Positions 36,286 through 46,418 of a DNA stretch of 64,000 bases are shown piece after piece. The translations under genes and the position numbers were made by a program. The notes beneath the pieces are model-generated. The model was not told the origin of the DNA. It saw only the letters and a list, made by a program, of their open reading frames with translations, and made no database searches. The DNA is from Candidatus Latescibacterota bacterium (GTDB lineage Bacteria > Latescibacterota > UBA2968 > UBA8231): the NCBI GenBank assembly GCA_965221775.1, contig CBDCSU010000005.1:288001-352000 (forward strand), in the 5' to 3' direction. Numbering within the stretch: the stretch's first letter is position 1; every line of letters starts with the position of its first letter.

Positions 36286-37443
36286 ATGGCTGTGACTGCT
36301 CCAGGCCCGTCCGGTTCCTTGGCGCCGGCCGCCGGCCGCCTTTGCCGGATCCCGCGGCGCGGCGCCGGACTGGGCACCGCCCTCTCCCGCCGCCGGCTGG
36401 AGGAGCTGCTGGTACGCCTGCGCGGCCTGAGGATCGCCGTGGTGGGCGACTTCTTCCTCGACGCCTACTACGACTGCGACCCCGGCCTCGACGAGGCCTC
36501 CCTGGAGACGGGCAACACCTGCTACCAGGTCGTGCGCACCCGCCGTCAGCCGGGAGCCGCCGGCGCCGTCGCCGCCGACCTCGCCGCCCTCGGCGCCGGC
36601 AGCGTCCACGCCATCGGCTTCTGCGGGGAGGACGGGGAGGGTTGGGAGCTGCGGCGCGCCCTGGAGGGCCTCGGCGTCGAGATGGCCGGCTTCCTCACCG
36701 CGCCGGAGCGGCGCACGCCGACGTACGGCAAGATCTGCCAGGTGGGAAGGGACGGCGGCCGGCTCGTCCTCCGCCGGGAGCTGGAACGCCTGGACATCCG
36801 CAACCGGCGGCGGACGCCGCCGTGGGTGCAGGAAGGGCTGACCGGATACCTGCGCGCCGGGCGATGGGACGCCGTGGCCGTCGTCGATCAGGTCCCGGAC
36901 GCCGGCTGCGGCGTGGTCACGGCGGCCATGCGGTCCTGCCTGGAGGATCTGGCCGCGGGCCACCCGGAACGGTTGATCCTCGTCGATTCGCGGCAGCGCC
37001 TCCGCCGCTTCCCCCGGCTGCCGGTCAAGCCGAACCGCCGCGAGGCGGCCGCCGCCCTCGGACAGCCTCCGGCCCGCTCGGTCCGCGCCGCGGCGATGCA
37101 GGCCCGGCAGCTGGCGGCGGGAAGGCGGGCGGTCTTTCTCACCTTGGCGGAGAGAGGCCTGGTGGCGGCCGACCCCGGGGGGCCGTTGCACCACGTGGCC
37201 GGATTCCCGCCGCCATCCGGAGTGCCCGTCGACCCGGTGGGCGCCGGTGACTGCATCACCGCGGCCCTGACCTGCTGCCTGGCCGCCGGCGCCTCCCCGG
37301 TGGAGGCGGCGCTGGTGGCCAACCTGGCGGGCTCGGTCACGGTGCGGCAGATCGGCACCACCGGCACCGCGTCGCCGGCCCAGGTCCGCCGACGGTGGCG
37401 TGAAGTGGACGCCGGTGATGGCGGTCCCGGCCACGGCCGGTGA
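36286..37443 (+). CDS. PfkB-family carbohydrate kinase (HldE/RfaE kinase-domain-like)
   Basis: LRIAVVGDFFLDAY, PGAAG.VA..LAALG, KPNRREA, LTLAERG, DPVGAGD, ANLAGSVTVRQIGTT. Start uncertain. Confidence 0.8.
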   Translation: MAVTAPGPSGSLAPAAGRLCRIPRRGAGLGTALSRRRLEELLVRLRGLRIAVVGDFFLDAYYDCDPGLDEASLETGNTCYQVVRTRRQPGAAGAVAADLAALGAGSVHAIGFCGEDGEGWELRRALEGLGVEMAGFLTAPERRTPTYGKICQVGRDGGRLVLRRELERLDIRNRRRTPPWVQEGLTGYLRAGRWDAVAVVDQVPDAGCGVVTAAMRSCLEDLAAGHPERLILVDSRQRLRRFPRLPVKPNRREAAAALGQPPARSVRAAAMQARQLAAGRRAVFLTLAERGLVAADPGGPLHHVAGFPPPSGVPVDPVGAGDCITAALTCCLAAGASPVEAALVANLAGSVTVRQIGTTGTASPAQVRRRWREVDAGDGGPGHGR

Positions 37444-37602
37444 GCCGCGCCCGGCGGCGGCCTCCGGAGCAGCGGACCGGGTGGACGCCTCCCGGAGTCC
37501 CTGCAAGGGAGTGCTTGCCGCCCTTGCCCGGGACCACCTTCGTCCTGACGTTAGCAGGCGGATTCACCCTGTCGGCCGGTTGTCCCGGCCAGGAGCGTCC
37601 CC

Positions 37603-39015
37603 TTGACCGATCGAAGCACTGCATCGCGGGCGGATCGATGGCGTACCGGCAGGCGGCCTCGCGGGGCCGCCCGGCTGCGGCTCTTCGCCGCCCTGCCGCC
37701 GGCGTTGTTCCTGCTCGCCTGCGGCCCGGACATCGAGGGGGCCATCGACGGCCTCGGCGACCCTTCCCACCACGACGACGCCCGCCAGCAGCTGATGCTG
37801 GCCAAGGAGCTCGCCGTCGATGCCCTCCTCGGCGCCCTCGAGGACCCCTCGAGGTCCCCCGTCCGCGCCGACCTCGTCGACGTGCTGGCCAGCATGAACC
37901 TGCGCGTCGAAGACCCGCGCATCGAGGCGGCCCTCAAGGACCATCTCGTGAACGACCCCGACCCGCGGGTGCGCGCGCGCATCGCCTGGTCGGCGCGCCT
38001 GCACGGGCGGGAGGCGTTTCTCGAGCCGCTGCTCGAGAGCGGGCTGACCGACCCCGACGGGGACGTGGTTCACCAGTCCATGGTCGCCATCGACGCCCTC
38101 GGTGGCGGTATGAGCCCGGAGCAGTCGGACGGGCGCTTCAGGAAGACCTTGGAGCTCATCTCCCATCCCCATCCGGAGGTGGCCCGGGAGGCCCGCATCT
38201 TCCTGGCCGACCACGCCGGCGCCCTCGTCGACGAGGGACGGGCCCTGGAGATCCAGGCCCGGACGGCCGAGGCCGAGTCCCTGTACGCGCGCGCCCTCGA
38301 GATCGTGCCCGGCGGCCGCTACGCCACCTACCGCCTGGCCCGCATGCACTTCGACGCCGGACGCCGCGACCAGGGTCTGGCCATGCTGCGCGCCAACGGC
38401 ATGCTCCTCGACGTGCCCCGCGTATCCGGCACCGTCGTCGCCGACGGCCGCCTCGACGAACCCCTCTGGGCCGAGGCCGCCTCGGCCAGCGACTTCTGGG
38501 TCTTCGTCTTCGCCCACAAGGCGGCCTTCCCCTCTCCGGTGGCCTCCGAGATCCGCCTCGCCCGCAGCGACGACGCCCTCTTCATCGGTTTCGTCGGTCA
38601 CGACGAGAGCCCCGACAGTCTCGTGGTGAACACCCGCGAGGAAGACGGCCAGATCTGGTGGGAGGACGTGCTCGAGATCTTCCTCGACGCCAGCCTCGAC
38701 CACCGCAGCTACATCCACATGGGCGTCAACAGCATCGGCGTGCGCGCCGATGCCGCGCACGAGGACGGCCTGGCGACGAAGGACATGACCTGGGACGCCG
38801 ACGCCGAGGTCGGCGCCTTCGTCCTGGACGACGCCTGGTCGGCGGAGGTCGTCCTGCGATTCGGCGGGCCCTGGCTGCCGCGCCCGGGGCCCGGGGACGT
38901 GTGGGGGGCCAACTTCGTGCGCTCCCACCGCGGCGCCGATTACAGCCAGTGGGTCCGCACCTTCGTCGGAGGCGGCCACGCCCCCGACGAGTTCGGGTTC
39001 CTCGTCTTCCAGTAG
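37603..39015 (+). CDS. Lipoprotein with HEAT-like repeats, TPR-like helices and a C-terminal CBM9-like domain
   Basis: LLACG lipobox, DPDPRVR / DPDGDVV / HPHPEVA HEAT units, ADGRLDEPLW, IWWEDVLEIFLD, WSAEV, GDVWGANFVR. Confidence 0.75.
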   Translation: MTDRSTASRADRWRTGRRPRGAARLRLFAALPPALFLLACGPDIEGAIDGLGDPSHHDDARQQLMLAKELAVDALLGALEDPSRSPVRADLVDVLASMNLRVEDPRIEAALKDHLVNDPDPRVRARIAWSARLHGREAFLEPLLESGLTDPDGDVVHQSMVAIDALGGGMSPEQSDGRFRKTLELISHPHPEVAREARIFLADHAGALVDEGRALEIQARTAEAESLYARALEIVPGGRYATYRLARMHFDAGRRDQGLAMLRANGMLLDVPRVSGTVVADGRLDEPLWAEAASASDFWVFVFAHKAAFPSPVASEIRLARSDDALFIGFVGHDESPDSLVVNTREEDGQIWWEDVLEIFLDASLDHRSYIHMGVNSIGVRADAAHEDGLATKDMTWDADAEVGAFVLDDAWSAEVVLRFGGPWLPRPGPGDVWGANFVRSHRGADYSQWVRTFVGGGHAPDEFGFLVFQ

Positions 39016-39076
39016 CCCCTGCTGACCCCCGGGGGAGTCCCGGCCTCGGACCGGCTCCTCTTCCCGCCGGCGCGCC

Positions 39077-39982
39077 TTACGACCGCACCCGCCCCAGGCC
39101 CATGGACTCGGCGGCCTCCACCACCCGGCGGCGCTCCTCGTCGGTCAGGGGACGCCCCGGCGGCCGCGGGTCGCCGCAGTCGACGCCCAGGCGATGGGAC
39201 ATGACCGCCTTGATCGCAGCGAGGTAGCGGTCTCCGCCCAGGGCGAAGACGGCCTGCACCAGTACGCGGGCGCGGCGCTGTGCGGCCTCGGCCCGGGGGA
39301 GGTCGCCCTTGCGGTAGGCGTCCCGGACCGCCAGCCAGACCGCGGGCTCGATCAGCGGCGGGCCGTCGACACAGCCCACGGCGCCGATGGACATGGCCGG
39401 CAGCATGGACATGCTGTTGCCGATGAAGCAGCGCAGGCCCATCTCCGCGAAGTCGTGCACCACCGGCTGGTTCCCCGAGGAGTGCTTGAGGCCGGCGAGC
39501 TGCGGCACCTCGTCGCGGATCCGGCGCGCCAGGTCGACGGTGATCTCCACCCCCGTCATGCCCGGCAGGTTGTAGAGGAACAGGGGCAGCCCCGCGGCGG
39601 CGCCCACCGCCCGGTAGTGCTCGACGATCTCGTCTTCGGAGCGGGAGTAGAACAGCGGAGGGACGCAGCAGATGGCGTCGGCGCCGGCCCGGGCGGCATG
39701 CTCGGCGAGGCGGACGGAGCGGCGGGTGGTGGGCGTGCCCACGTGCATGATGTTCGCCGCGCGCCCGGAGGCGCAGGCGGCGGCGAGGGTGGCCACGCGC
39801 ATGTTCTCCTCGTCGTCGAGGAGCACGCTCTCGCCGGTTCCGCCCGCGAGCCAGAATCCCTGCACGCCCGCCCGCAGGTTGAACTCCAGCACCCTCTCCA
39901 GGGCTCTCTCGTCGAGCCGGCCTTCCCCGTCCATCGGCGTGATCGCCGCCGGAAAGAGCCCCTCGAATCGATCCAGATCCAT
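39077..39982 (-). CDS. DapA/NanA-family class I aldolase/lyase
   Basis: AAITP, GGTGES, GADAI, LFLYNLP, AGLKHSS (Schiff-base Lys). Confidence 0.9.
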   Translation of the reverse strand: MDLDRFEGLFPAAITPMDGEGRLDERALERVLEFNLRAGVQGFWLAGGTGESVLLDDEENMRVATLAAACASGRAANIMHVGTPTTRRSVRLAEHAARAGADAICCVPPLFYSRSEDEIVEHYRAVGAAAGLPLFLYNLPGMTGVEITVDLARRIRDEVPQLAGLKHSSGNQPVVHDFAEMGLRCFIGNSMSMLPAMSIGAVGCVDGPPLIEPAVWLAVRDAYRKGDLPRAEAAQRRARVLVQAVFALGGDRYLAAIKAVMSHRLGVDCGDPRPPGRPLTDEERRRVVEAAESMGLGRVRS

Positions 39983-40205
39983 CCTGATCTCCCTCTCTCT
40001 GCCGTCCCTTGCCGCCTGAACGGTGCCCTGTCGGTCGGCGGTGACTAACCTTCCAGATCCACTGCCATCGCCTCGAATCGCCGTGTGACGCCGGGCGGCC
40101 CGGCCACTGGCGAAAGCGGCGCAATCTCGATCATGCCCCGGTGAGGAGCAAACCCGGCGCTCGCCGGGCGGCCCCTGCTACCCGATTCAGGATCGCCACC
40201 GGCCC

Positions 40206-41147
40206 ATGGAGTTGCACCGCCCCTCCGGAAGCGCCCTCCTCGGCCTGGCCCTCGGCCTGTTCACCGCCTGGATGTGGGGCACCCTCCCGGTGGCGCTGAA
40301 GATCCTGCTGCCCCACGTCGACGTGGTGACCCTGACCTGGTTCCGCTTCCTGGCGGCGGGCCTCCTGCTGCTGCCCCTGGCCCTGCCGAGGGCGCTCAGG
40401 GGCGCCGCCGGTCTGCGCGGCCTCCCCCTCGCCCTGCTGATCCTGACGGTGGCCGGCCTCACCGGCAATCACCTCGCTTTCCAGAAGGGGCTGGAGTTCA
40501 TCTCGCCCGGTAGCGCCCAGATCGTCATCCAGCTGGCGCCGGTCTTCATGCTCCTCGGCGGCATGCTGTGCTTCGGCGAGCGCTTCCGGCGGCGGCAGTG
40601 GCTGGGCGTGGCCCTCCTTCTCGCCGGTCTCGCCCTGTTCTTCAGCCCCCGCCGCGACGATCTCCTGGCCGACGTGGACCGCCAGGGCACGGGGGTGTTG
40701 CTCATCGCCGCCGCGGCCCTGCTGTGGGGGTTCTACATGATGGGGCAGAAGCAGTTGCTCCTGTTCATGCGCTCCGACGCCGTGCTCCTGCTGGTCTACC
40801 TGGCCGGCGCCGTCCTGCTGACCCCCGCCGCCGCCCCCTCGGCGGTGCTGGCCCTCGAAGGGCCGATGCTCGCCCTGCTGCTGAGCACCGGGGTGATGGC
40901 GGTCCTCTCCTACCTCGGCTTCGCCGCCGCCCTGGCCCGCGTCGAGGCTTCCCGGGTCGGCATGCTCATCGCCCTCACGCCGCTCTTCGTCCTGGCCAAC
41001 GTGCGGCTCCTCTCCAAGGTGAGGCCCGGCCTCCTGGAACCGGAGAGCGTCGGCGCGGTGAGTCTCTGCGGAGCGGCGTTGGTCGTTCTCGGGTCGATGC
41101 TGAGCGTCCTCGGAGACGCCCGGGACGAACGCCCGCCGGCGGCCTGA
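40206..41147 (+). CDS. EamA/DMT family transporter
   Basis: WGTLPVALK, TWFRF, QLAP, FGERF and about 10 TM helices. Confidence 0.9.
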   Translation: MELHRPSGSALLGLALGLFTAWMWGTLPVALKILLPHVDVVTLTWFRFLAAGLLLLPLALPRALRGAAGLRGLPLALLILTVAGLTGNHLAFQKGLEFISPGSAQIVIQLAPVFMLLGGMLCFGERFRRRQWLGVALLLAGLALFFSPRRDDLLADVDRQGTGVLLIAAAALLWGFYMMGQKQLLLFMRSDAVLLLVYLAGAVLLTPAAAPSAVLALEGPMLALLLSTGVMAVLSYLGFAAALARVEASRVGMLIALTPLFVLANVRLLSKVRPGLLEPESVGAVSLCGAALVVLGSMLSVLGDARDERPPAA

Positions 41148-41217
41148 CCCCGGCGCGTTCCCGTTGTGAAGCACCCCGCGGAGCCGTACGGTTAACGATC
41201 CAGGCAAGGAGTCCGCC

Positions 41218-42321
41218 GTGAGCCAAGACAGACCCGTACGCGTGGCCGTCGTGGGCGGCGCCGGCACCTGGGGCCGCTTCTACCTGCGCGCCTACGCCGC
41301 CCATCCCGGCTGCGAGGTGATCGCCCTCGTCGACCGGGCGAAGGACCGCCGCCAGGCCTTCGCCGACCGCTACGGCGTGCCGGCCACCTTCGACGATCTG
41401 GAGGAGCTGCTGCGCCGCGAGGTGCCGGAGGTGGTCTCCGCCATCCTGCCCGTGGCCCGGTCCCACCCCGCGGTGCTGGCCTGCGCCGAGGCCGGCGTGC
41501 GCGTGGTGTCGATCGAGAAGCCGATCGCGGCGCAGCTCTCCAAGGCGGACGAGATGATCCGCGTCTGCCGGGAGCGCGGCACGGCCCTGGGCTGCGGCAC
41601 CAGCCACTGGCAGCTGCCGTACCAGGCCGAGGTGGCCGACTGGGTGCGCCAGGGCCACATCGGCGCCCTCACGGGCGCCGCGATCCCGGGCGGCCTGCCC
41701 ACGGAGGTCTCCGGCGGCGGCTGCGCCAGCCTGATCGTCCTGGGGCACCTGACGGGGATGGAGGTGGAGTGGGCCGAGGGCTGGACCCTGCCGCCGGTGG
41801 GCTCCTACGCCTCCCCCGAGGCGGAGGCCCCCCACGAGGTCGACTGCCCGGCCTACGGGAGACTGGGGCTGTCGGGGGGCATCGTCTGCGAGATCGCCGA
41901 GCCCGAGCCGGACCGGCCGGTGCCCTGCACGGTCTCCGTCACCGGAGAGCGGGGCCGCGCCTTCCTCGCCTCGCCGCGGCCGGTGCTGCTCCAGGGCGCC
42001 GGCGCCAGGCAGTCCCCGGTCTTCCCGGAGTTCCTCGACGGCGGTCCCCGGAAAGACGCCTTCACCCTCGTCATCGAGCGCCTGCTGAAGGCCGCCAGGG
42101 AGGGCGGCGAGGTCGCCTGCAGCGGCCAGGACTATCTCCACGTGCTGGAGGTCGCCCTGGCCATGACCCTGTCGGCGGCGCGGGACCACGAGCGCGTCCA
42201 CCTGCCCCTGGAGGACCGCTCCCTGCGCCTCTTCCCCCACCCCTACCGCATGTACGGCGGCGACGTGGCCGGCTGGAGGAGCATCGGCTACCAGGGGCCG
42301 CCCGGTCTGCCGGAAGCCTAG
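41218..42321 (+). CDS. Gfo/Idh/MocA family oxidoreductase
   Basis: RVAVVGGAGTWG Rossmann motif and IEKP motif. Confidence 0.85.
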   Translation: MSQDRPVRVAVVGGAGTWGRFYLRAYAAHPGCEVIALVDRAKDRRQAFADRYGVPATFDDLEELLRREVPEVVSAILPVARSHPAVLACAEAGVRVVSIEKPIAAQLSKADEMIRVCRERGTALGCGTSHWQLPYQAEVADWVRQGHIGALTGAAIPGGLPTEVSGGGCASLIVLGHLTGMEVEWAEGWTLPPVGSYASPEAEAPHEVDCPAYGRLGLSGGIVCEIAEPEPDRPVPCTVSVTGERGRAFLASPRPVLLQGAGARQSPVFPEFLDGGPRKDAFTLVIERLLKAAREGGEVACSGQDYLHVLEVALAMTLSAARDHERVHLPLEDRSLRLFPHPYRMYGGDVAGWRSIGYQGPPGLPEA

Positions 42322-42333
42322 GGCGAGCCCCCG

Positions 42334-43140
42334 ATGGGCGAGCTGACCTCCCTGCTCCAGGATTCCGCCGGACACCTGGCCCGGATCGGCCCCCGCCTGG
42401 CGGGGGCCCTGGCCCTGGCGGTCCTCGGCCTGCTGCTGGCCTTCCTGGTACGCCTCCTGGCCCGCCGCCTGGTCGCCGGGCTCGACCGCCTCGCCCCCTC
42501 CCTGGGGACGCGACTCGGAGGCGGGGCCGACTACCGGGAGCGCGCCGGCCTGGCCGCCGGCCGGATCCTGTTCTGGACGGTCCTGCTCCTCTTCCTCACC
42601 GCCGCCACCGAGACCCTGGGGCTGCCCGTGCTCTCGGTCTGGCTCGGCGGCCTGGTCACGTACCTGCCGCGGTTCCTCGCCGCCGTGCTCATCCTCTTCG
42701 CCGGTCTGCTGGGGGGCCACTTCCTGCGGGACCTCGTCCTCTCGGGGACCGCCTCCGCGGGGATCGCCTACGGGCAGGCCCTGGCCCGCCTCGGCCAGAT
42801 GTCGGTGCTCGTCGTGAGCGTCCTCGTCGCCGTCGACCAGGCGGGACTGAACGTCTCCTTCCTCACCAGCATCCTGCTCCTGGTGCTCGGCAGCGGCCTC
42901 CTGGGCGCGGTCCTGACCTTCGCCCTCGGCGCCCGCACGGCGGTGGCCAACATCCTCGCCTGCCACTACCTGCAGAAGACCTACGAGGTGGGCCACCGCG
43001 TGCGCGTCGCCGGGTTCGAGGGCGAGATCGTCGAGGTCACGGCCACTTCGGTGGTGCTGGAGGCGGAGGAGGGCAGGGTGTCGGTGCCGGCTTCGGTCTT
43101 TGCCGAGGAGGCCTCGGTCCGGCTCGTCGAGAGGGACTGA
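42334..43140 (+). CDS. Small-conductance mechanosensitive channel family protein (conserved TM helix repeats)
   Basis: YLPRFLAAVLIL, FALGAR..VANILA, YEVGHRVRV.GFEGEIVEV. Confidence 0.85.
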   Translation: MGELTSLLQDSAGHLARIGPRLAGALALAVLGLLLAFLVRLLARRLVAGLDRLAPSLGTRLGGGADYRERAGLAAGRILFWTVLLLFLTAATETLGLPVLSVWLGGLVTYLPRFLAAVLILFAGLLGGHFLRDLVLSGTASAGIAYGQALARLGQMSVLVVSVLVAVDQAGLNVSFLTSILLLVLGSGLLGAVLTFALGARTAVANILACHYLQKTYEVGHRVRVAGFEGEIVEVTATSVVLEAEEGRVSVPASVFAEEASVRLVERD

Positions 43141-43143
43141 ACG

Positions 43144-44001
43144 GTGGAGCAAGCCCCGGCCCTGATCGACCGCTTCATCCGCGGCCACCCCCCCGAGGCC
43201 GCCCGCGTCCTGGAGAACCTCACCCTCGACGAAGTGGTCTCCTTCTGCGGCCGCATCCCCCCCGACCTGGCGGCGGTCCTCTTCGACACCATGGAGGCCG
43301 GCGCCGCCGCCGGCTGTCTGGAGCGCATGCAGGCGGGCCGGGCCGCCGAGGCCCTGTCGCAAGTCCCCCTGGAACGCGCCGCCGCGCTCCTGCGGCGGCT
43401 TCGCCGGCAGGGGCGCGAGGCCGTGCTGGCGCTGCTGCCCCCCGATCCCGGCCGGCACCTCGCCCTGCTGCTGAGCTGCCGCCAGGACTCGGCCGGGGCC
43501 CTGATGGACCCGCGGGTGCTCACCCTGCCGCCGGAAGTGACCGCCGCCGAGGCCCGCGGCCGCATGGACGCCCGGCCGGAGCAGGCCACGGACTGCTACT
43601 ACGTGGTGGAGCGCGATCAGACCCTGGCCGGCGTCCTCGGCCTGAGGGAACTGCTCTCGGCGCCGCCCGAGACCCCCGTCTCCGCCCTCATGCGGCGGCA
43701 GGTGGACGGCCTGCGGATCGACGACTCCCTGGCCTCGGTGCGAGTCCATCCCGGCTGGCTGGAACTCCACGTCCTGCCGGTCCTCGACGGCCGCGGACGG
43801 TTCGCCGGCGCCCTGCGTCACAGGACCCTGCGGCGGCTCGGGGAGGCGCACCGGCCGCCCCGGCCCGACCCGGTGGGCGCCGCCCTGGGGGAGCTCTACC
43901 GCATCGGTCTGTCGGCCCTGGTGAAGGGCGCCCTCGGGGAGCAGCGCCCCGGTCCGCCCTCCGGCGACCGGATCGAGGACAGCAGGCAGGTCCCCCCTTG
44001 A
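43144..44001 (+). CDS. MgtE N-terminal + CBS domain protein (soluble)
   Basis: Helical MgtE_N-like region, SAGALMDP, YVV..D..LAGVLGLRELL, LPVLDG.GRF.G. No TM domain. Confidence 0.8.
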   Translation: MEQAPALIDRFIRGHPPEAARVLENLTLDEVVSFCGRIPPDLAAVLFDTMEAGAAAGCLERMQAGRAAEALSQVPLERAAALLRRLRRQGREAVLALLPPDPGRHLALLLSCRQDSAGALMDPRVLTLPPEVTAAEARGRMDARPEQATDCYYVVERDQTLAGVLGLRELLSAPPETPVSALMRRQVDGLRIDDSLASVRVHPGWLELHVLPVLDGRGRFAGALRHRTLRRLGEAHRPPRPDPVGAALGELYRIGLSALVKGALGEQRPGPPSGDRIEDSRQVPP

Positions 44002-46418
44002 GCGGCGGACGTCCCTTTCCCACGGTCTGGCTCCTGGCCTGCCTGGGGGCCCTGTCCTTCTCCATCCAGTACTCGACGATGGAGAAGTTCGCCGTCTTCG
44101 CGCCGGGCTCCAGCCACATCCGGCTGACCACCTTTCTGCAGGCCGTCGAGCAGCAGGTCGCCTTCTCCCTCCTCGACGGTGTGCTCGCCGCGCTCTTTCT
44201 GCTGTTGACCGCCGCACTCCTGTACGGGGAGGTCCGCCACGGGGCCCTCAGCGGCTTCCTGCAGGACTGCCTGGCCAGTCCGCGCGCGACCTTGTGGCTG
44301 CTCCTGGCCTCCCTGGTGGTCTGCGGCCGCTTCTACCTCGCCCGCGGCGAGTTGAGCTGGGCCGGCGACGCCTCCCACCACCTCGCCCACTCCTGGCTCG
44401 CCGCCCGGGCCATCGCCGACGGCCAGCTGCCGGTCTGGACGTTCTTCATCGGCACCGGCTCCCCCGTCTTCCAGACCTACGGCTTCGCCTTCTTCTACCT
44501 CGCGGGGCTCGTGGACCGGATCCTCGGGGATCTCTCCCTGACCCTGAAGCTGGTCATGTTCGCCGCCCACCTTGCTTCCGGCCTGGGCATGTACCACCTG
44601 GCCGCCAGCCTCTGCCGCTCCCGCGCCGCCGGGTTCATCGCCGGCCTGGGGTACGCCCTCTGCTTCTGGCACACCCAGCACGTGCTGCTCATGGGCCGCC
44701 TGCCCCTGTCCCTGTTCTACGCGGTCCTGCCCTGGGCCTTCTACTGGATCGAGGAGGTCGTCGATTCCCCGCGCAGGATGCGGGCGGCCCTGCTCGGCGG
44801 GGCGAGCCTGGCCCTGCTCGCCTTCACCCACCCCGGGTACGGCGCCTTCGCCTTGACCCTGGCCGGCGGCTACGCCCTGGTGCGCCTGTGGTCCTGCCGC
44901 GGCCGTTCCGACGGCGGCGCGATCCTTGGCGCCGGCCTCCTGCTCTTCGGCCTCGGCATCGCCTTCGGGTCCTACATGAACGTGGGCCTCTACTTCGAGC
45001 GCGCCTACACGGGGATGCACGACTTCGCCATGGACCTGTCGAGCGTCTCCGACCCCACCTGGCAGCACCTGCTGGGCTGGTCGAACATGCGCTTCTGGCT
45101 GATCCCCCCCCAGCCGTATCACTGGTACGGCGGCTACCTGGGGATCTCCCTGTGCGCCCTGGCCGGGGCCGGGGGGGTGCTCCTGCTGCGCCGGCGGGAC
45201 GGCCGTTTCGCCGCCTGCTGGGTCTGCCTGATCCTCAGCCTGCTGGTGGTCGCCGCCTACCGCCTGCCGCCGATCAGCTCGCTGCCCCTGGTCCACTCCT
45301 TCAACGCATCGCGCTACCTGCTCTTCCTCTCCTTCTTCCTGGCCCTGGCGGCGGGCCTCGGCGCCCACCTGCTCCTGGAGCGGGTTCCCGCGGCCTCCCG
45401 GCGCAGCCGATGGTGCACGGTCCTGCTCCTGGCGATCGGCGTCGATCTCTTCCCCACCACCTTCCAGCAGCCCTACCTCGGCAGCGGCTACCTGCCCTCC
45501 GGATGGCGAGACGACACCTTCGCCGAGGCGGCCGAGGCCGCCCGGCCCTTCGAGGAGCGGGGCGAGCTGCCCGCCTACCGGGCCCACTGGATCGCGGCGG
45601 GCGTCTACCCCTACAAGCGGCGGGCGAGCATGCTCCGCGAAGGGGCGACGCCGATTGCGGAGTCCTTCCATCCCGGGGAGCTGCGCACCCTCGGCACCTT
45701 CACCGCCCCCTTCACCGACTGGGCCATACAGGTCCTGCCGGAGATGGACTCCCTCCAGCCGCTGGCGGACCACCCGGGCGGCGAGGCCCTGATGGACGGC
45801 CTCCGCCTTCTGGACACGCGCTTCGTCGTGACCACCTCCAACGAGCGCGCCACCGGCTTCGCCTTCTTCATGGAACACACTCCCCTGGTCGTCTCCGGGC
45901 GCCTGCAGGGCTACGACGAGGGAGCCGTGGACCGCGCCGGCCTGTCCGCGCGCTTCGGCGAGGACCTGGACGAGCGGGAGGCGCGGATGCTGTGGATCAT
46001 CCTGGGGACGGGGCTCCACCCGGGCAGCGGCCTCTCCTGCGAGCGCATCCTCGTCCGCGGCCTGGAGGGCCAACGCGATCTGGGGACGGCGCCCACGGCG
46101 CGGGTCCTCGGCCACCGGGTCGACCACCAGGAGGTGGAGATGAGGGTGGCGGTCTCGGCCAGGTGCTTCGCGCGCCTGGCCTACGGGTACTGGCCCTATC
46201 TCGAGGTCTCCGTCGACGGAGCGCCGGTGCGGCCCATGGAGACGGCCGGCCGCTTCCTGGCCGTCCCGCTGGAGGCCGGCGAGCATGTGATCGCCATCCG
46301 GGCGCGCCTGTCCCCCCTGAGGAAGGGGTTGCTGCTGCTGGCGGGGGTCTGCCTCGCGGGAGCCCTGGCCCTGGTCATCCGTGAACGCCGAAGCGACACA
46401 GAAGAGGTGAACCCATGA
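43998..46418 (+). CDS. GT-C-like multi-pass membrane protein (YfhO / PTPS-related family)
   Basis: Real coding part of ORF 41769..46418. TTGA and ATGA overlaps at either end. GDA..H, GQLPVW...GTGSPVFQTYG, GMY.L, THP, GGYLG, C-terminal YWP...VSVDG...AVPLEAGEH.I plus TM helix. Confidence 0.75.
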   Translation: MSGGRPFPTVWLLACLGALSFSIQYSTMEKFAVFAPGSSHIRLTTFLQAVEQQVAFSLLDGVLAALFLLLTAALLYGEVRHGALSGFLQDCLASPRATLWLLLASLVVCGRFYLARGELSWAGDASHHLAHSWLAARAIADGQLPVWTFFIGTGSPVFQTYGFAFFYLAGLVDRILGDLSLTLKLVMFAAHLASGLGMYHLAASLCRSRAAGFIAGLGYALCFWHTQHVLLMGRLPLSLFYAVLPWAFYWIEEVVDSPRRMRAALLGGASLALLAFTHPGYGAFALTLAGGYALVRLWSCRGRSDGGAILGAGLLLFGLGIAFGSYMNVGLYFERAYTGMHDFAMDLSSVSDPTWQHLLGWSNMRFWLIPPQPYHWYGGYLGISLCALAGAGGVLLLRRRDGRFAACWVCLILSLLVVAAYRLPPISSLPLVHSFNASRYLLFLSFFLALAAGLGAHLLLERVPAASRRSRWCTVLLLAIGVDLFPTTFQQPYLGSGYLPSGWRDDTFAEAAEAARPFEERGELPAYRAHWIAAGVYPYKRRASMLREGATPIAESFHPGELRTLGTFTAPFTDWAIQVLPEMDSLQPLADHPGGEALMDGLRLLDTRFVVTTSNERATGFAFFMEHTPLVVSGRLQGYDEGAVDRAGLSARFGEDLDEREARMLWIILGTGLHPGSGLSCERILVRGLEGQRDLGTAPTARVLGHRVDHQEVEMRVAVSARCFARLAYGYWPYLEVSVDGAPVRPMETAGRFLAVPLEAGEHVIAIRARLSPLRKGLLLLAGVCLAGALALVIRERRSDTEEVNP

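Noticed and set aside
37444-37602. Possible ncRNA/riboswitch in intergenic regions (also 39983-40205)
   Set aside because: Only short GC hairpins expected by chance; no recognisable conserved RNA motif.
39077-39982. nanA forming a sialic-acid pathway with the BNR protein and ABC transporter
   Set aside because: It is 20 kb away, the motif is GGTGE rather than GSTGE, and no nanE/nanK was seen. Substrate cannot be assigned.
40975-46384. Long alternative-frame and antisense ORFs (1080, 796, 696 aa)
   Set aside because: Shadow ORFs of well-supported plus-strand genes, with low-complexity composition and no motifs.
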